Positions 10,639-20,905 of a DNA stretch of 55,059 bases are shown piece by piece. Made by a program: the position numbers and the translations under genes. Origin of the DNA: a virus. Its lineage: Duplodnaviria > Caudoviricetes. The stretch covers positions 1 through 55,059 of the IMG/VR virus record IMGVR_UViG_3300017963_000062; one strand, given 5' to 3'. Every line of letters begins with the position of its first letter. Within the stretch, counting starts at the first letter, position 1. The notes beneath the pieces were generated by a model, which saw only the letters and a list, made by a program, of their open reading frames with translations, ran no database searches and was not told the origin of the DNA.

Positions 10639-11822
10639 TCTAATTGTGCAAGACCAGATGATATATCGTCATAAATGTGGATATGAATGTAATCGTCATT
10701 TCCAATTCCGTAAGTTCCAGATTTTCTGATTATGAAGGAAAGTTCTGGCGCGAAAGTAGCAACAAATTGATCTTCCCCCGCTTGAACGTCGATTCTAAAA
10801 GCGTTGCCCGGTTGCGGGAAAGAGAAATAGTTTTTGAAATCTTCGGTTGTGAGTATTCCTGGAAGTGTTGTTATTTCGTTGTCAGATTTGATTTCAACCG
10901 ATATTCCCGAACCTCTTGACTGAGAACCAAGAGGCTGATTTTTACATAAAAATTGCCCGAATTTTATTCCGGAACAACCGCCATAACAACGTATCTGCGA
11001 TATGAACAGGTCTTCGTTGTTGTCAACTGGTACAGTGTACCTACACTTATTTTCTGTATAACTGGCTTCATCGCAATCCTGCCGCATGTCCTTGCTTGGA
11101 ATTGTTTCGGTATTGTAAAAGAATTCAAAAAACCTTTTTCCAAGACCGCCAGGAATAGAAAGAACCGTACCAGTTATGCCGAAAAATCCAAGCCTGCCTG
11201 GATCGTTTGGGGATCTCGCAAGTTCTGCCGCTTTCGATCGCCTTACGATGGAACCGTTTGCAATGGTGCATATTGTCAAGCCACTGCATGTTACAGTCCA
11301 TGATGATCTTGTTCCCCACTCGTTCATCAACCTTGATGCAATGTGTACATATCCAAAATCCTTTGCAACGTCACACTTCCAGTTGGCAAGAATAAAATTT
11401 GTATCGGCGTTTAATCCTACACATACATTTTCTGCTACCTCCCTTTCGGGATTGTCGTTGGCCACATCTGAAGCCGTGACTGTATAAGTATAGTCCACTG
11501 CTGGGTAAAGAGTAGTGCCAATTGGAGTAACTGCTGCTGGGATCTCTACCCTTACTGTATCGCCTGCCGAACCTATCCCGTTTGCATCTTCAAGGGTGCC
11601 GCCAAAAAAGAAGAAATCTGTACCTTGTGGATCAAGTCCAAATGTTGATTGAACTGTCACAATTGAACTGGTTTCCAACCTGTTTACTCCCGCCGACCTG
11701 CTTACATCGGCGCAATAATCATTGTCATCGTCACATAGCTTGGCTCTCTGTGACGTTGGCCACGCAGCACCAAAAACAAGAAGCAAGCACATGCCTGCAA
11801 GGAATGAAGCGGCTTTTCTCAT
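10608..11822 (-). CDS. Cys-rich protein with N-terminal signal-peptide-like segment
   Basis: MRKAASFLAGMCLLLVFGAAW N-terminus; many Cys; AGGAG RBS. Confidence 0.55.
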   Translation of the reverse strand: MRKAASFLAGMCLLLVFGAAWPTSQRAKLCDDDNDYCADVSRSAGVNRLETSSIVTVQSTFGLDPQGTDFFFFGGTLEDANGIGSAGDTVRVEIPAAVTPIGTTLYPAVDYTYTVTASDVANDNPEREVAENVCVGLNADTNFILANWKCDVAKDFGYVHIASRLMNEWGTRSSWTVTCSGLTICTIANGSIVRRSKAAELARSPNDPGRLGFFGITGTVLSIPGGLGKRFFEFFYNTETIPSKDMRQDCDEASYTENKCRYTVPVDNNEDLFISQIRCYGGCSGIKFGQFLCKNQPLGSQSRGSGISVEIKSDNEITTLPGILTTEDFKNYFSFPQPGNAFRIDVQAGEDQFVATFAPELSFIIRKSGTYGIGNDDYIHIHIYDDISSGLAQLECLAEGFRQE

Positions 11823-11900
11823 TGTTTTCTCCTAAAAAAAGTGGGGCTGGTTATGAGATTTAGGACCGGACACCCCCCCCGAAACGGTCACATGATATGA

Positions 11901-12500
11901 TTAGGTTGTTTCTTCAATGTATTGGATTGTGGAATATCCATCATTGGCTCTATCCCTATTAGTCGCCAGTACTTGGATTCCAACAGTCCCATCCCCCACA
12001 ACTTCACACATTGGAAAGTTGAGTTCTACAACTGGGCTAGCTGGCGATGTTACAACCTTTCCCCATGTTGTAAGTGTATCAACGCCGTTATATTCGCCAA
12101 TTTCCCATGTTACCAGTGACAAGGATGAAAGAGTAACCTTGATTTCCTTGGCTGTTTTGGCGTTTGTCACAACAGCATCATGCGCGTCTGTAGCATCCTT
12201 TGCCATGGAGTCATGAAGATGGTAGGAAAAATTTTTGTCAGAATCTGAGCTGGGAACAACAACCACCTTAACATTTCCATCCGGGTCAGTCCTTGGGATA
12301 ACAAGGCTTGGTGTTGCTTCGTCTGTCTTAAAAAACACAGGAACGGCAAAATCATTTGTTCCTGGTGTAATTGTATCTCCGTCTTGCCCAACTGTTACAA
12401 AGTCTGTAGCGGTGGAACCGGACTGGCCATCAACAAGTTTGATTTTAAATTCGTCATCTCTGTAAGTTTTTACGATTTGGGCTTCGTTAAATTCTGCCAT
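11901..12500 (-). CDS. Hypothetical, probable structural/decoration protein
   Basis: Beta-rich Thr/Val/Asp protein downstream of the capsid gene; ATG 12500 after AAGGAG. Confidence 0.5.
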   Translation of the reverse strand: MAEFNEAQIVKTYRDDEFKIKLVDGQSGSTATDFVTVGQDGDTITPGTNDFAVPVFFKTDEATPSLVIPRTDPDGNVKVVVVPSSDSDKNFSYHLHDSMAKDATDAHDAVVTNAKTAKEIKVTLSSLSLVTWEIGEYNGVDTLTTWGKVVTSPASPVVELNFPMCEVVGDGTVGIQVLATNRDRANDGYSTIQYIEETT

Positions 12501-12521
12501 GCTCACTCTCCTTGTGTGCGT

Positions 12522-12710
12522 TTAAACGTCATCTGATTCGAGATTTTGAAGGCTTTCCCTGCACTTCTCCAACTCTTCTTTTAATGTGGATATAGTCATA
12601 TTATACTCTATGATCTTAAATTCATAATCTTCTATTTTTGCTTTCGTTGCAAAAATTGTTTTTCTCCTGGCAACGCGCTTTTTAAGCTCATCGAATTCCT
12701 GCTTGTTCAT
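12522..12710 (-). CDS. Small coiled-coil hypothetical protein
   Basis: 62-aa in-operon ORF. Confidence 0.5.
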   Translation of the reverse strand: MNKQEFDELKKRVARRKTIFATKAKIEDYEFKIIEYNMTISTLKEELEKCRESLQNLESDDV

Positions 12711-12712
12711 TG

Positions 12713-13543
12713 TTAACCCTCGTATACAAAGATATTATAGTCGGCGTTTACATTGCTGTAATTGGTGTTTTTTACTTTTACCTTTAAATTGTCGGTGGCC
12801 TCGAATTTGTAGGCTCCCATATCAATATCTATATTTCTGTCGTTCCAAGAATTTCGCTTCATAGCCCAGGGGGAATTGTTTATTAGAACAGTAAACAATC
12901 CATAACCGTCACCTTCACAAAGGATCTTTATTACTCTTGTGTCAGCCGTGTATGTTTTATCAATTAATGTTTGTTCTGCGCCTTTTGCGATATTCGCCGT
13001 AGCATGTATTACGTTTTCGAAAATAGTAACGGAAGAAACAAATATTTCCCCGTCTTCTCCTATCCTTAAGAATTTCCAGACTCCGTTGGTTTCGTCGTAG
13101 CCTCCCATCGCTACAGCTTTGTCCGTAAGAAAATTTACAGTCTGGTTTTCTTCAATGATAGCGTCTGCTAATTCTGTCGCCGATGTACTTACAATGGTTC
13201 CATAGACAGAAAATTTAACACTCCCACCTGTAACAGTAGCCTTTAGATAGGCTTTATCGTGGGTATTTCCAACCAGAACTTTGTCGGTTGCAAGGCCGCT
13301 TGAAAGGGGATTGTGTTGCCTTAAAAGGTTGCCTTCTCCAATCTCAAATCCAGTTGTGAAATCATAATACTCTACAAGGACCGAGCCGCCAGCAGTTGAC
13401 TCAACTAAAACAGTAGACAATATGGAATTGCCTGCAAGATCAAGTTTTGCATAATAAACACCTGCCACCCTTGTTTCCAAGGGCAAGAGGTCTAGCGATT
13501 CTCCATCACTAAGGGTGTGTTTTGCATCAAATGATATAGCCAT
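12713..13543 (-). CDS. Hypothetical, probable structural/decoration protein
   Basis: 276 aa, beta-rich, directly after the major capsid gene. Confidence 0.5.
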   Translation of the reverse strand: MAISFDAKHTLSDGESLDLLPLETRVAGVYYAKLDLAGNSILSTVLVESTAGGSVLVEYYDFTTGFEIGEGNLLRQHNPLSSGLATDKVLVGNTHDKAYLKATVTGGSVKFSVYGTIVSTSATELADAIIEENQTVNFLTDKAVAMGGYDETNGVWKFLRIGEDGEIFVSSVTIFENVIHATANIAKGAEQTLIDKTYTADTRVIKILCEGDGYGLFTVLINNSPWAMKRNSWNDRNIDIDMGAYKFEATDNLKVKVKNTNYSNVNADYNIFVYEG

Positions 13544-13555
13544 ATCGTTATCCCC

Positions 13556-13587
13556 AAAAACGGGCCGCCCGAAAAGTCAAGCGGCCC
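13556..13587 (-). terminator. Putative intrinsic terminator after major capsid gene
   Basis: GGGCCGC/GCGGCCC stem followed by a T-run on the minus strand. Confidence 0.55.
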
Positions 13588-13608
13588 TTAAACTAGGATA
13601 GGGGGATA

Positions 13609-15135
13609 TTAAGATGGGACATTAATCCCGTAACTTACTGTTTTCTCGTTGGCTCCATTTGGCGTACCTTGAAAATCGACTCTTGAATAACTTGCAATTT
13701 CATAACGATCATCCTTACTTAGGGCTTCTCTAAGAGCCATTCGGATAGGTCGCCTAACTGCCCAATACCATCTATCTTTGTGGATAAGTAATAGACCTGT
13801 TCTATCAGTAGTCACTCCATCATAAACGCCTGTCGCGTTTAGATCTTCCCTCATAAAACCAGACTGCATAATTGGAGTCCCTGCGTAAGATCCTAATTGG
13901 CCCTTCAAAACCGTGGCCTTGTCGGCCATTTTGTCAACCGTGACAACGTTGTCAGTGCCCATCATTCCATTGTAAGCAGAAGGCCCAACGATCCAAATTA
14001 AGTCGAGAGGATTAACGCCAAATTTACCTAGCTCTTTTCTGTGTGCTCTAAGCTTCGCATCAGTTATCGCACCGTTCAGATAATCGTATGTTCCACCGTT
14101 TGCACTGTTTTGGATACCGTAGTACCTAAGTCCGTGAAATTGCTTTTCTGCGAGGTCTGCAGCGCCTGCCTGCGTGTCAGAATCAATATGAACTGTACCT
14201 ATCTTTGTTCCGTTTATGACACAAGATTCATAAGATCTCAAATGAGCGTTTGTCAATTCCATTTTGGCTAATTCTAAAATACCAATTATGGAATCCTCAT
14301 TTACTTCTTCTGGAATGATAAAATATTCGCCATATTTGCTGGCCGTAAAAGTGATTTTTCCAGTTGTAAAACTGGCATCGGTCATTGATGTATTTTCTGC
14401 AATTCTTCGCGCTTTTGTAAAATCACCCGCTGTTGGCAACTCATAAGGCGAGGTAGGCATATCAATCTGTCTTAATGCACCAACTAATTCACGGTCTAAT
14501 TCTAGCTCTGGTATGTAAGTACTTGAAATTGCTGTAGGAATCCATTCTGCCCCCCCACCAACAACGCCAGTGCCGAATGATTTTATGCGAGGAATAAGCA
14601 CGTTTTTAGCATAATATGACTCTAAAATATTCTTGCATTTTCCAAATCTATCTTGGCTTTCAGAAGCGCCGATTTTGTCCAATGGGTCACCATAAAACAT
14701 TTGCGCGATAAAACGAGCATTCTGAAATTCTTTTTTCATCTGACAAACTAGGGATTTCAATTCTCTTGGAACATTTCGATAGCCCTGGGCTTCGGTGTTT
14801 ACATTAATAAGATCTTTTACGTTGGAGACACCAAAATATGACTTGCACCTCGATTCGTCGCTGTTAGATCGGTTCATTGGCTGGTAACCTCCTGTTGTCC
14901 TACCTTCTTCGGAGCCTAGTAATTTTTCTTTGTTTTCTTTTTCGTCTTGCTTTTCCTTGTCAGCTTTTTCCTTGGCTGCCTTTTCCTTTTCAACTTCTTC
15001 AGCTTCCTTGGCTTTTTTGGCTTCCAATTCTTTCGCCTTGAAAGTTTCATTTTCTTCGTTCAAAGATTTATTGGTAGCTTCAAGGTCGTTTAAACGGCCT
15101 TCCAACTTTCTGTAATCGGCTACAGTTAGTTTCAT
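13609..15135 (-). CDS. Major capsid protein (HK97 fold) with N-terminal coiled-coil scaffold/delta domain
   Basis: GGAEWIPTAISS, KYGEYFIIPEEVNEDS and GQLGSYAGTPI motifs; follows the protease; ATG 15135 after GGAAGGA. Confidence 0.85.
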   Translation of the reverse strand: MKLTVADYRKLEGRLNDLEATNKSLNEENETFKAKELEAKKAKEAEEVEKEKAAKEKADKEKQDEKENKEKLLGSEEGRTTGGYQPMNRSNSDESRCKSYFGVSNVKDLINVNTEAQGYRNVPRELKSLVCQMKKEFQNARFIAQMFYGDPLDKIGASESQDRFGKCKNILESYYAKNVLIPRIKSFGTGVVGGGAEWIPTAISSTYIPELELDRELVGALRQIDMPTSPYELPTAGDFTKARRIAENTSMTDASFTTGKITFTASKYGEYFIIPEEVNEDSIIGILELAKMELTNAHLRSYESCVINGTKIGTVHIDSDTQAGAADLAEKQFHGLRYYGIQNSANGGTYDYLNGAITDAKLRAHRKELGKFGVNPLDLIWIVGPSAYNGMMGTDNVVTVDKMADKATVLKGQLGSYAGTPIMQSGFMREDLNATGVYDGVTTDRTGLLLIHKDRWYWAVRRPIRMALREALSKDDRYEIASYSRVDFQGTPNGANEKTVSYGINVPS

Positions 15136-15196
15136 TTTGTTATCCTTCCGTGGAAACAATAATAATAATTAGCGATGATTAACCGTTACACAGCGT

Positions 15197-16645
15197 TTAA
15201 ACATCTAGTTTGTCAAGTCTTTGATTTAATTTTGCATGATAATCTCTAATAATGTCAAGGTTTTCCTGCTTTTCCTTAGAAGGTTCGGTGTTTAAACGCT
15301 GTCCGTTTAACGCAAGGGATTGTGGAGCAGCTAGCATTGCACCGCCCATTATCTGTTTTAATCCCTGGATCTCTCCGATTAGTTGAGCAAGCAGGACGTT
15401 GGTTTGCTTGGCTTCGTTCAATCCAACATCTCCTGGGGATGATTCTATATATCCTTGTCCTTGAATTGGCTGGGTAGGCATTGGGGCTAGGTTTTTGAAA
15501 ACCATTCCCCACGATTCTGGTTTTAAATCACAGCTTTTTTCTTTAGAGCACTTTGCAATAGCTATAGCAATAGCCTGGTCTTGCGGTTTCCCTGCCTCCA
15601 TCTCTTCTTTGATCCAATTTGAAACACATTTGGCATAAGATTTTTGCTTTTCGTCTTCCTCTTCTTCTAGGGGTATCTCTGATTCGTCTTGAAGCTCTTC
15701 ATCTGCAAGCTCTTCGTCTTGAATCTCTGTCTCTTGCTCTAGCAGTATTTCTTCCCCTTCCTCTTCAAGTGATTCTTGGTTCTCTTCTGTGTCAGTGTTT
15801 CCGTTCTCCAAAGGCTCTTCTTTGTCTTCCTCTTCATCCGCTATTTCCTCCGGACGCCTTATTGTATCGGCGTTTAAGTTAGTATCTATGTTGTTTAATT
15901 CCATTAGCTCACTTGACTGTATCCCAAGATTGGAGGCCAAGGAAGTGATTAATTTCTCGCTTGCCTGGTGGATATTTCCAGCCATAAATTCAAACATTTC
16001 ATCTAATGACATTTCTGATTCTTTAGCTATTTTTGTCAGCATGTCTTCTCTTGAAAAGCCCTCTTGTTCTTGCATTTCAGATATTTTTGCATGAACTCTA
16101 GCAGCAACTGCAGCACCCTTTTGCTTAAGCAGTCGGCTTTTTATGTCTTTGAGGCTTCCTTCTTTAAGCATCTTTGTTGATAGTTCAAACTGTGATTCTT
16201 GATTCATTGGGATAGACACTATTGAACTCTCAAGGAGATCAACACCCATAAGATGGATAGAATCTTCTGTTTCTTTTTCTGATTCAACATCTATGCCTAC
16301 AGAGAAAGAGTTCAAAATCCCTTCTTCAACCAAGTCCCTTACTTTTTTTATCTCTGGTACTTCGGATTGTGAGATCCTAACCTTCATCCATAGACCTTCT
16401 TCGTCAACCTTGGCATCAATCCCCTTGCCTACTGGTAGATCCTTGTTGTGATTAAAAAGTATTATTGGATTTTTTTTCCATTCGTCTATACGCCACTGGT
16501 CAATAGGGACATGCTCCATCCCCCTGTCTATCACCTTATTTCCCTTCTTGTAGGATCGGTTTGCATATCCTTCTATAATAGTTTCTTTTTTATCGCCTTC
16601 TTTCTTTTTTACCTTATAGTCAAAGTTAAACAGCAATTTGCGCAT
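15197..16645 (-). CDS. HK97-family prohead protease with long acidic C-terminal extension
   Basis: IEGYAN, ILFNHN..PVG, GILNSFSVG, LLESSIVSIPMN; ATG 16645 after AGGGG. Confidence 0.85.
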   Translation of the reverse strand: MRKLLFNFDYKVKKKEGDKKETIIEGYANRSYKKGNKVIDRGMEHVPIDQWRIDEWKKNPIILFNHNKDLPVGKGIDAKVDEEGLWMKVRISQSEVPEIKKVRDLVEEGILNSFSVGIDVESEKETEDSIHLMGVDLLESSIVSIPMNQESQFELSTKMLKEGSLKDIKSRLLKQKGAAVAARVHAKISEMQEQEGFSREDMLTKIAKESEMSLDEMFEFMAGNIHQASEKLITSLASNLGIQSSELMELNNIDTNLNADTIRRPEEIADEEEDKEEPLENGNTDTEENQESLEEEGEEILLEQETEIQDEELADEELQDESEIPLEEEEDEKQKSYAKCVSNWIKEEMEAGKPQDQAIAIAIAKCSKEKSCDLKPESWGMVFKNLAPMPTQPIQGQGYIESSPGDVGLNEAKQTNVLLAQLIGEIQGLKQIMGGAMLAAPQSLALNGQRLNTEPSKEKQENLDIIRDYHAKLNQRLDKLDV

Positions 16646-16725
16646 TAAAACACCCCTTGGTTTTGTATTAATATTTTGGCATTGTGTAATAAATAATATG
16701 TCACGTTTAAACGGGGGGTCAAGCA

Positions 16726-17214
16726 ATGATTTATGACGATCAAACAGAGCATACAATTAGAGTTGAAGCGGAAGCCGCTTCAGTTATCACCGAAAAGCTG
16801 GGAATGACCGTTGAGAGAATGCCTGGTCAATATAGATTTTCCGATTTTATCGGGTATTCAGATGACGTTGTATCTTGCCTTATTGAAATTAAAAGCAGGA
16901 ATATCAAGTTGCACACATACAAAGAGGTTATTCTTTCCTGGTCGAAATTTGTAAAAGCTCATGCTTATGTTTTTTCTGCTGGAATCCCTTTTATAGTGGT
17001 ATTTTGTTTCAAAGATTGCGTTGCAATATACCAGTGGCGTGGTGAATCGTTAACGGGAAAGGTTAAGCTTTCTGGTCGCACTGTTAAATATAGAAGGCCG
17101 CAAGATATCGAACCGTGTGTATATATCCCAGTTAAGGACATGGAAATAATATCTATGGAGCCAATACCTTCTATGTGTAAAGGATCTAGAGTTATAGATC
17201 TTTTTAAAAGGTAA
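16726..17214 (+). CDS. PD-(D/E)XK nuclease-like protein
   Basis: E...SDF...LIEIKSR motif. Confidence 0.6.
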   Translation: MIYDDQTEHTIRVEAEAASVITEKLGMTVERMPGQYRFSDFIGYSDDVVSCLIEIKSRNIKLHTYKEVILSWSKFVKAHAYVFSAGIPFIVVFCFKDCVAIYQWRGESLTGKVKLSGRTVKYRRPQDIEPCVYIPVKDMEIISMEPIPSMCKGSRVIDLFKR

Positions 17215-17311
17215 AAAAAAGCGGCCATAAAAAAATCTTGGATTGGACGACTGACCTTATTGTGACCGCTTGCCAGAATACTATCTAGACTGATGATTTA
17301 ACAAAACAACG

Positions 17312-18220
17312 TTATTGCTGCAAGGAAAATTCTCCCTGGCTTTCAGCATCTGTTTCGTATTGATTTAAGACAGGTGAATATGTGTAATATCTAACCTTGT
17401 TCTCTTCTGGATAGAATGTATAGTACCGCAAAAAAAAGACTTCGTTGCTGTCACACTGGTAATCAACAACAAAAGAATGTGAATTGTTTTCTTTATAATA
17501 GGCTTCACGCACACAGCTATGGCCGCCATTGCTTAAAACTATGTTTTCATGGTGCCTAAGCAGTTGCTCTCTTATAATACTTGAAGACCATATATCATGC
17601 GTAGCAAGTATGACTTTATGGTCGGGGTAGGACAATAAAATCTCTTTGGCCCAATTGAGAGATCCATAATTTGGGTCGCTGTAAGGATCAAAAGACTGCA
17701 GCTGCAAGAACAGGTAGTCAACGCCTCCCAAATCCATGTTGAAAAATATATTTTCTGTCCCATTGTGGTTACCTCCAAACCATGGCAAACCATCGAAGTC
17801 ATGCAGTGGAAAGTGCTGGTTGAAGGAGTCCAAGGAATCATGATTTCCAGCTACTGGCATGTATAAAACCTTTCCTCTCAAATGTTCCCATGCTCTTTTT
17901 CCTCTTGCCCATTGGCTGCCGTTTGACCAGTTTTCTGTGATGTCACCCAATCCCTGCACCATCTTTATGTTTAAACGACCTACATTTTCAGCTATCCATT
18001 TAAATGATTCGTCCATTCTTTCATAGGGTGCTTTTCCCCAGTTAGCTGTATAGTGTTGGGTGTCTGGTATTACTACCAACGTCCAAGGAAGTCTTTCGGG
18101 ATTTTGGTCTTCTGACTGTGTTTCACAACCAGGATCGACAAAAGCATTGGTGTCATTTCTTTCGGTTGCGCAAGCGAAAAAAAGAAAAAAAACAGTTGTC
18201 AGCATCGCTAGCTTTTTCAT
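17312..18220 (-). CDS. Calcineurin-like metallophosphoesterase, predicted lipoprotein
   Basis: PDTQH, GLGDI, AGNHD, ATHD and GGH motifs; signal MKKLAMLTTVFFLFFA-C. Confidence 0.8.
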   Translation of the reverse strand: MKKLAMLTTVFFLFFACATERNDTNAFVDPGCETQSEDQNPERLPWTLVVIPDTQHYTANWGKAPYERMDESFKWIAENVGRLNIKMVQGLGDITENWSNGSQWARGKRAWEHLRGKVLYMPVAGNHDSLDSFNQHFPLHDFDGLPWFGGNHNGTENIFFNMDLGGVDYLFLQLQSFDPYSDPNYGSLNWAKEILLSYPDHKVILATHDIWSSSIIREQLLRHHENIVLSNGGHSCVREAYYKENNSHSFVVDYQCDSNEVFFLRYYTFYPEENKVRYYTYSPVLNQYETDAESQGEFSLQQ

Positions 18221-18294
18221 AGGATTCCTTTCTGCATATTATTTGATACAATTATTTTTTCACTGCTAATTTTATCATAAAAGGATGGTTTAAT

Positions 18295-18618
18295 ATGGTT
18301 TTCAAAAGAAATTTAAAAACATTTGCAAAAGCCGTTGCTGTGGCTGGAACCGCTGAAGCATTAAGCGCAACACAATTATATGCGAAGGAAGTCAAGATCA
18401 AGTCACCTTCGACAAATACAGATGCTGTTTACTTGGGAGATTCCACTGTTGCAGCGGCTAATGGGTATGTTTTAGCTCCAGGAGAAGAATTGGACTTGGC
18501 CTCTCTCCTTACCGATCCGACAGAGGAAACAGTGTTCGACCTGTCTACAATTTATGCAGACGTGGCAGTAAATACCGAAGGTGTTGTTGTTATTTATCTT
18601 GAAAAAACACCCGTTTAA
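18295..18618 (+). CDS. Hypothetical beta-rich protein
   Basis: NTDAVYLG...GYVLAPGE; AAGGA RBS. Confidence 0.55.
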   Translation: MVFKRNLKTFAKAVAVAGTAEALSATQLYAKEVKIKSPSTNTDAVYLGDSTVAAANGYVLAPGEELDLASLLTDPTEETVFDLSTIYADVAVNTEGVVVIYLEKTPV

Positions 18619-19267
18619 GCAACCTTGCAAAGATGAGGTTTTCAAAGATCAAAATGAATCGTATTGCAAGGTGTACATTTGTGTTGTTATGATCTTTAAT
18701 TCTATTTTTCTCCAATGTTTTTATAGAAGCTATGGTTTTCATGGCTGTTTTTAGTGCCTGCGACTTTCTTGTTGTGTAAGTTGCAGGCATTTCTCTTGAG
18801 TTGGCTATCTGCTGCTTAGCAAGATCCAACTTTGTTTTTTGTAACTCCGTCATGCCTGGAGTTACACCAGCATATAGTACATATGTGGATATTGCTAAAA
18901 AAAGAACAAAGCCCACTTTAATTGCTATCGCCTCTGTTTTTTGGGCCGAAGTAACCAGACCAAATGTTACTATGCCAATCTCTAGCAAAATGGCACAACA
19001 CCAGCCATAAAAACCATAACCCAAACTGCCAGCCATTAGATAAATTAAAATGCTTGTGCAAGCAATACACGTGGTAATATAAAAGCCTCCGGTCAAATAG
19101 CGTCTAACAGTATACAGTGTGTCGACTTTGGCTTTTTCGTCCTTTTTAGCTGGCTCGATTTCGACTTTTTTAGACGCTCTTTCCTTTTTTAGACGCTCCT
19201 TGTTTTCTTCATACCATCTTTTTTTCCGATCTTTTTCTTTATTTATATCAACCATTAGCGCCTCCAA
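18590..19267 (-). CDS. Membrane protein
   Basis: Basic N-terminus followed by 3-4 hydrophobic segments. Confidence 0.55.
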   Translation of the reverse strand: MEALMVDINKEKDRKKRWYEENKERLKKERASKKVEIEPAKKDEKAKVDTLYTVRRYLTGGFYITTCIACTSILIYLMAGSLGYGFYGWCCAILLEIGIVTFGLVTSAQKTEAIAIKVGFVLFLAISTYVLYAGVTPGMTELQKTKLDLAKQQIANSREMPATYTTRKSQALKTAMKTIASIKTLEKNRIKDHNNTNVHLAIRFILIFENLIFARLLKRVFFQDK

Positions 19268-19308
19268 ACGTCTAGATTAGGTTGGAATTTAGACACGCTT
19301 TGCGGATT

Positions 19309-19363
19309 TGTCAACTGGCTGGCGACAAAAAGTTGTTGACACCACATTATGTGGTGCTATTAT
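19309..19363 (+). promoter_or_regulatory. Sigma70-type promoter with palindromic operator in the spacer
   Basis: TTGACA 19336, TATTAT 19358, CACCACAttaTGTGGTG 19340-19356, upstream TGTCA-N9-CGACA. Confidence 0.6.
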
Positions 19364-19443
19364 GGGCGTCGTTGGATAGTTGTTTTTAACAAGGAGACAA
19401 GTTTTGGATAAGTTTTTATCAAATTATTATAAGGAAAATGAAA

Positions 19444-19781
19444 TGAAAAAAACGAAGCAATTAATGCAAGATCTTAAAAAAGAATTTGGTCTTAATTTCA
19501 AAGATTTATCATACGAGTACATTATACTGAACAAGTATCATAAGAAGATGAATTTTGCATCAAAATTAAGCTATGATAACGCTTGTAGAGTAGAAGATAT
19601 CGCTAGTTACATAGAAAATCATGAATGTGTGACAGCAACTAACTTTATGGGTGGCGTGATACAATACAGCAATAATTGGTCTTGCAAAATCGGAAATGAA
19701 TCCAGTATCTATGTGGATATGGAGTGGGTTGAAAGAAGCGTTGAATTCCACATTATGGAACAAAATGGGGATAAAGAATAA
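19444..19781 (+). CDS. Hypothetical protein
   Basis: ORF after AAGGA RBS; exact start uncertain. Confidence 0.5.
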
Positions 19782-19782
19782 C

Positions 19783-19965
19783 ATGGATGTAAAAAAGGCG
19801 AGGAAAAAACTAAAGTGCACACAAGCCCAACTGGCTGAAAAACTGGGATTAACAGAAACCCATATTCAACGTCTTGAATATGGAAAATGTGCGATTCAAA
19901 AACAAACAGAACTTGCAATCTTAATGCTTTTACAAAAAAGCAATATGACTAAAAATGTGCGCTAA
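19783..19965 (+). CDS. XRE/Cro-type HTH regulator
   Basis: KKARKKLKCTQAQLAEKLGLTETHIQRLEYG. Confidence 0.8.
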   Translation: MDVKKARKKLKCTQAQLAEKLGLTETHIQRLEYGKCAIQKQTELAILMLLQKSNMTKNVR

Positions 19966-20883
19966 AACGTCAACAGTCCAACCGTTGCCGATCATTTTTA
20001 GACGTTGCGATTTTGAAATTTTGACTTTTTTGCCGTCGCTGTTGATTCCAAATTCTGTATAACCATCGGGCAGTGTCTGCAATCTTTCGCATTCCACCGG
20101 CAACAACGGCCTCCAGATATTTTTTTTGTATTCCACTTTGGGTATTCTGTGACCACCTGTGCAGGTGTTAATTGTTGGACTTTTACCATCGCGATGGTAA
20201 ACCCGTTTAAGATGGTCGTTGCCCTTTATATCTGCATTGCCCAAGTGGCAAAGTCCATTTTTAGAAAAAACCAATTGTCTGGAGTGCTTTTCAAAATATG
20301 AAAAAAGATCACCAGATTTGGCATAGTTTGCGTCGATGCAGTAAGATTTTTTCCTGTCAGAAAAACCACACTCCAACATGTCATCCATCATTATTCCCTT
20401 GTCATTCGGCTGAGTTACATTTGGTATATTAGTCCAATAGAGGCGTTTTCGATGTTGCGCGGATACCAACGAGGAATTAATCATGATTGGCTGCACTTTC
20501 AGAAGTTCCGAAATTTTTTCCATTACTGCTTTTTTCATCATCACATTTTCCAGGAGAAAGTACCGTGGCTTAATTTGATCCAACAATCGCAGGTATTCGA
20601 AAAACAGAGCCGACCTTGGATCATCAAAGTTGAGTTTTTTGCCCGCAAAAGAAAATCCTTGGCATGGAGATCCACCGATTATCAAATCAATATCGATTGG
20701 CATGGACTCAGTTGTTATATCCCGTACGTCTCCAAGTTCAATTAGTTCTGGATGGTGCAACCTTGCGACTGAGGCGGCATACTTGTCAATTTCCGATGTG
20801 TAATACTCGCTTACAAAAATACCAGCTCTTTTTAGTGCCACAAGACCGCAAGCCATGCCGTCAAACAAACTTAAAACTTTCAT
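19930..20883 (-). CDS. DNA (cytosine-5)-methyltransferase
   Basis: LSLFDG (motif I), GGSPCQGFS, ENV, QHRKRLYW, GNGW. Confidence 0.9.
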   Translation of the reverse strand: MKVLSLFDGMACGLVALKRAGIFVSEYYTSEIDKYAASVARLHHPELIELGDVRDITTESMPIDIDLIIGGSPCQGFSFAGKKLNFDDPRSALFFEYLRLLDQIKPRYFLLENVMMKKAVMEKISELLKVQPIMINSSLVSAQHRKRLYWTNIPNVTQPNDKGIMMDDMLECGFSDRKKSYCIDANYAKSGDLFSYFEKHSRQLVFSKNGLCHLGNADIKGNDHLKRVYHRDGKSPTINTCTGGHRIPKVEYKKNIWRPLLPVECERLQTLPDGYTEFGINSDGKKVKISKSQRLKMIGNGWTVDVLAHIFSHIAFL

Positions 20884-20905
20884 ATATCCCCCTTGCCTAA
20901 ATTAA

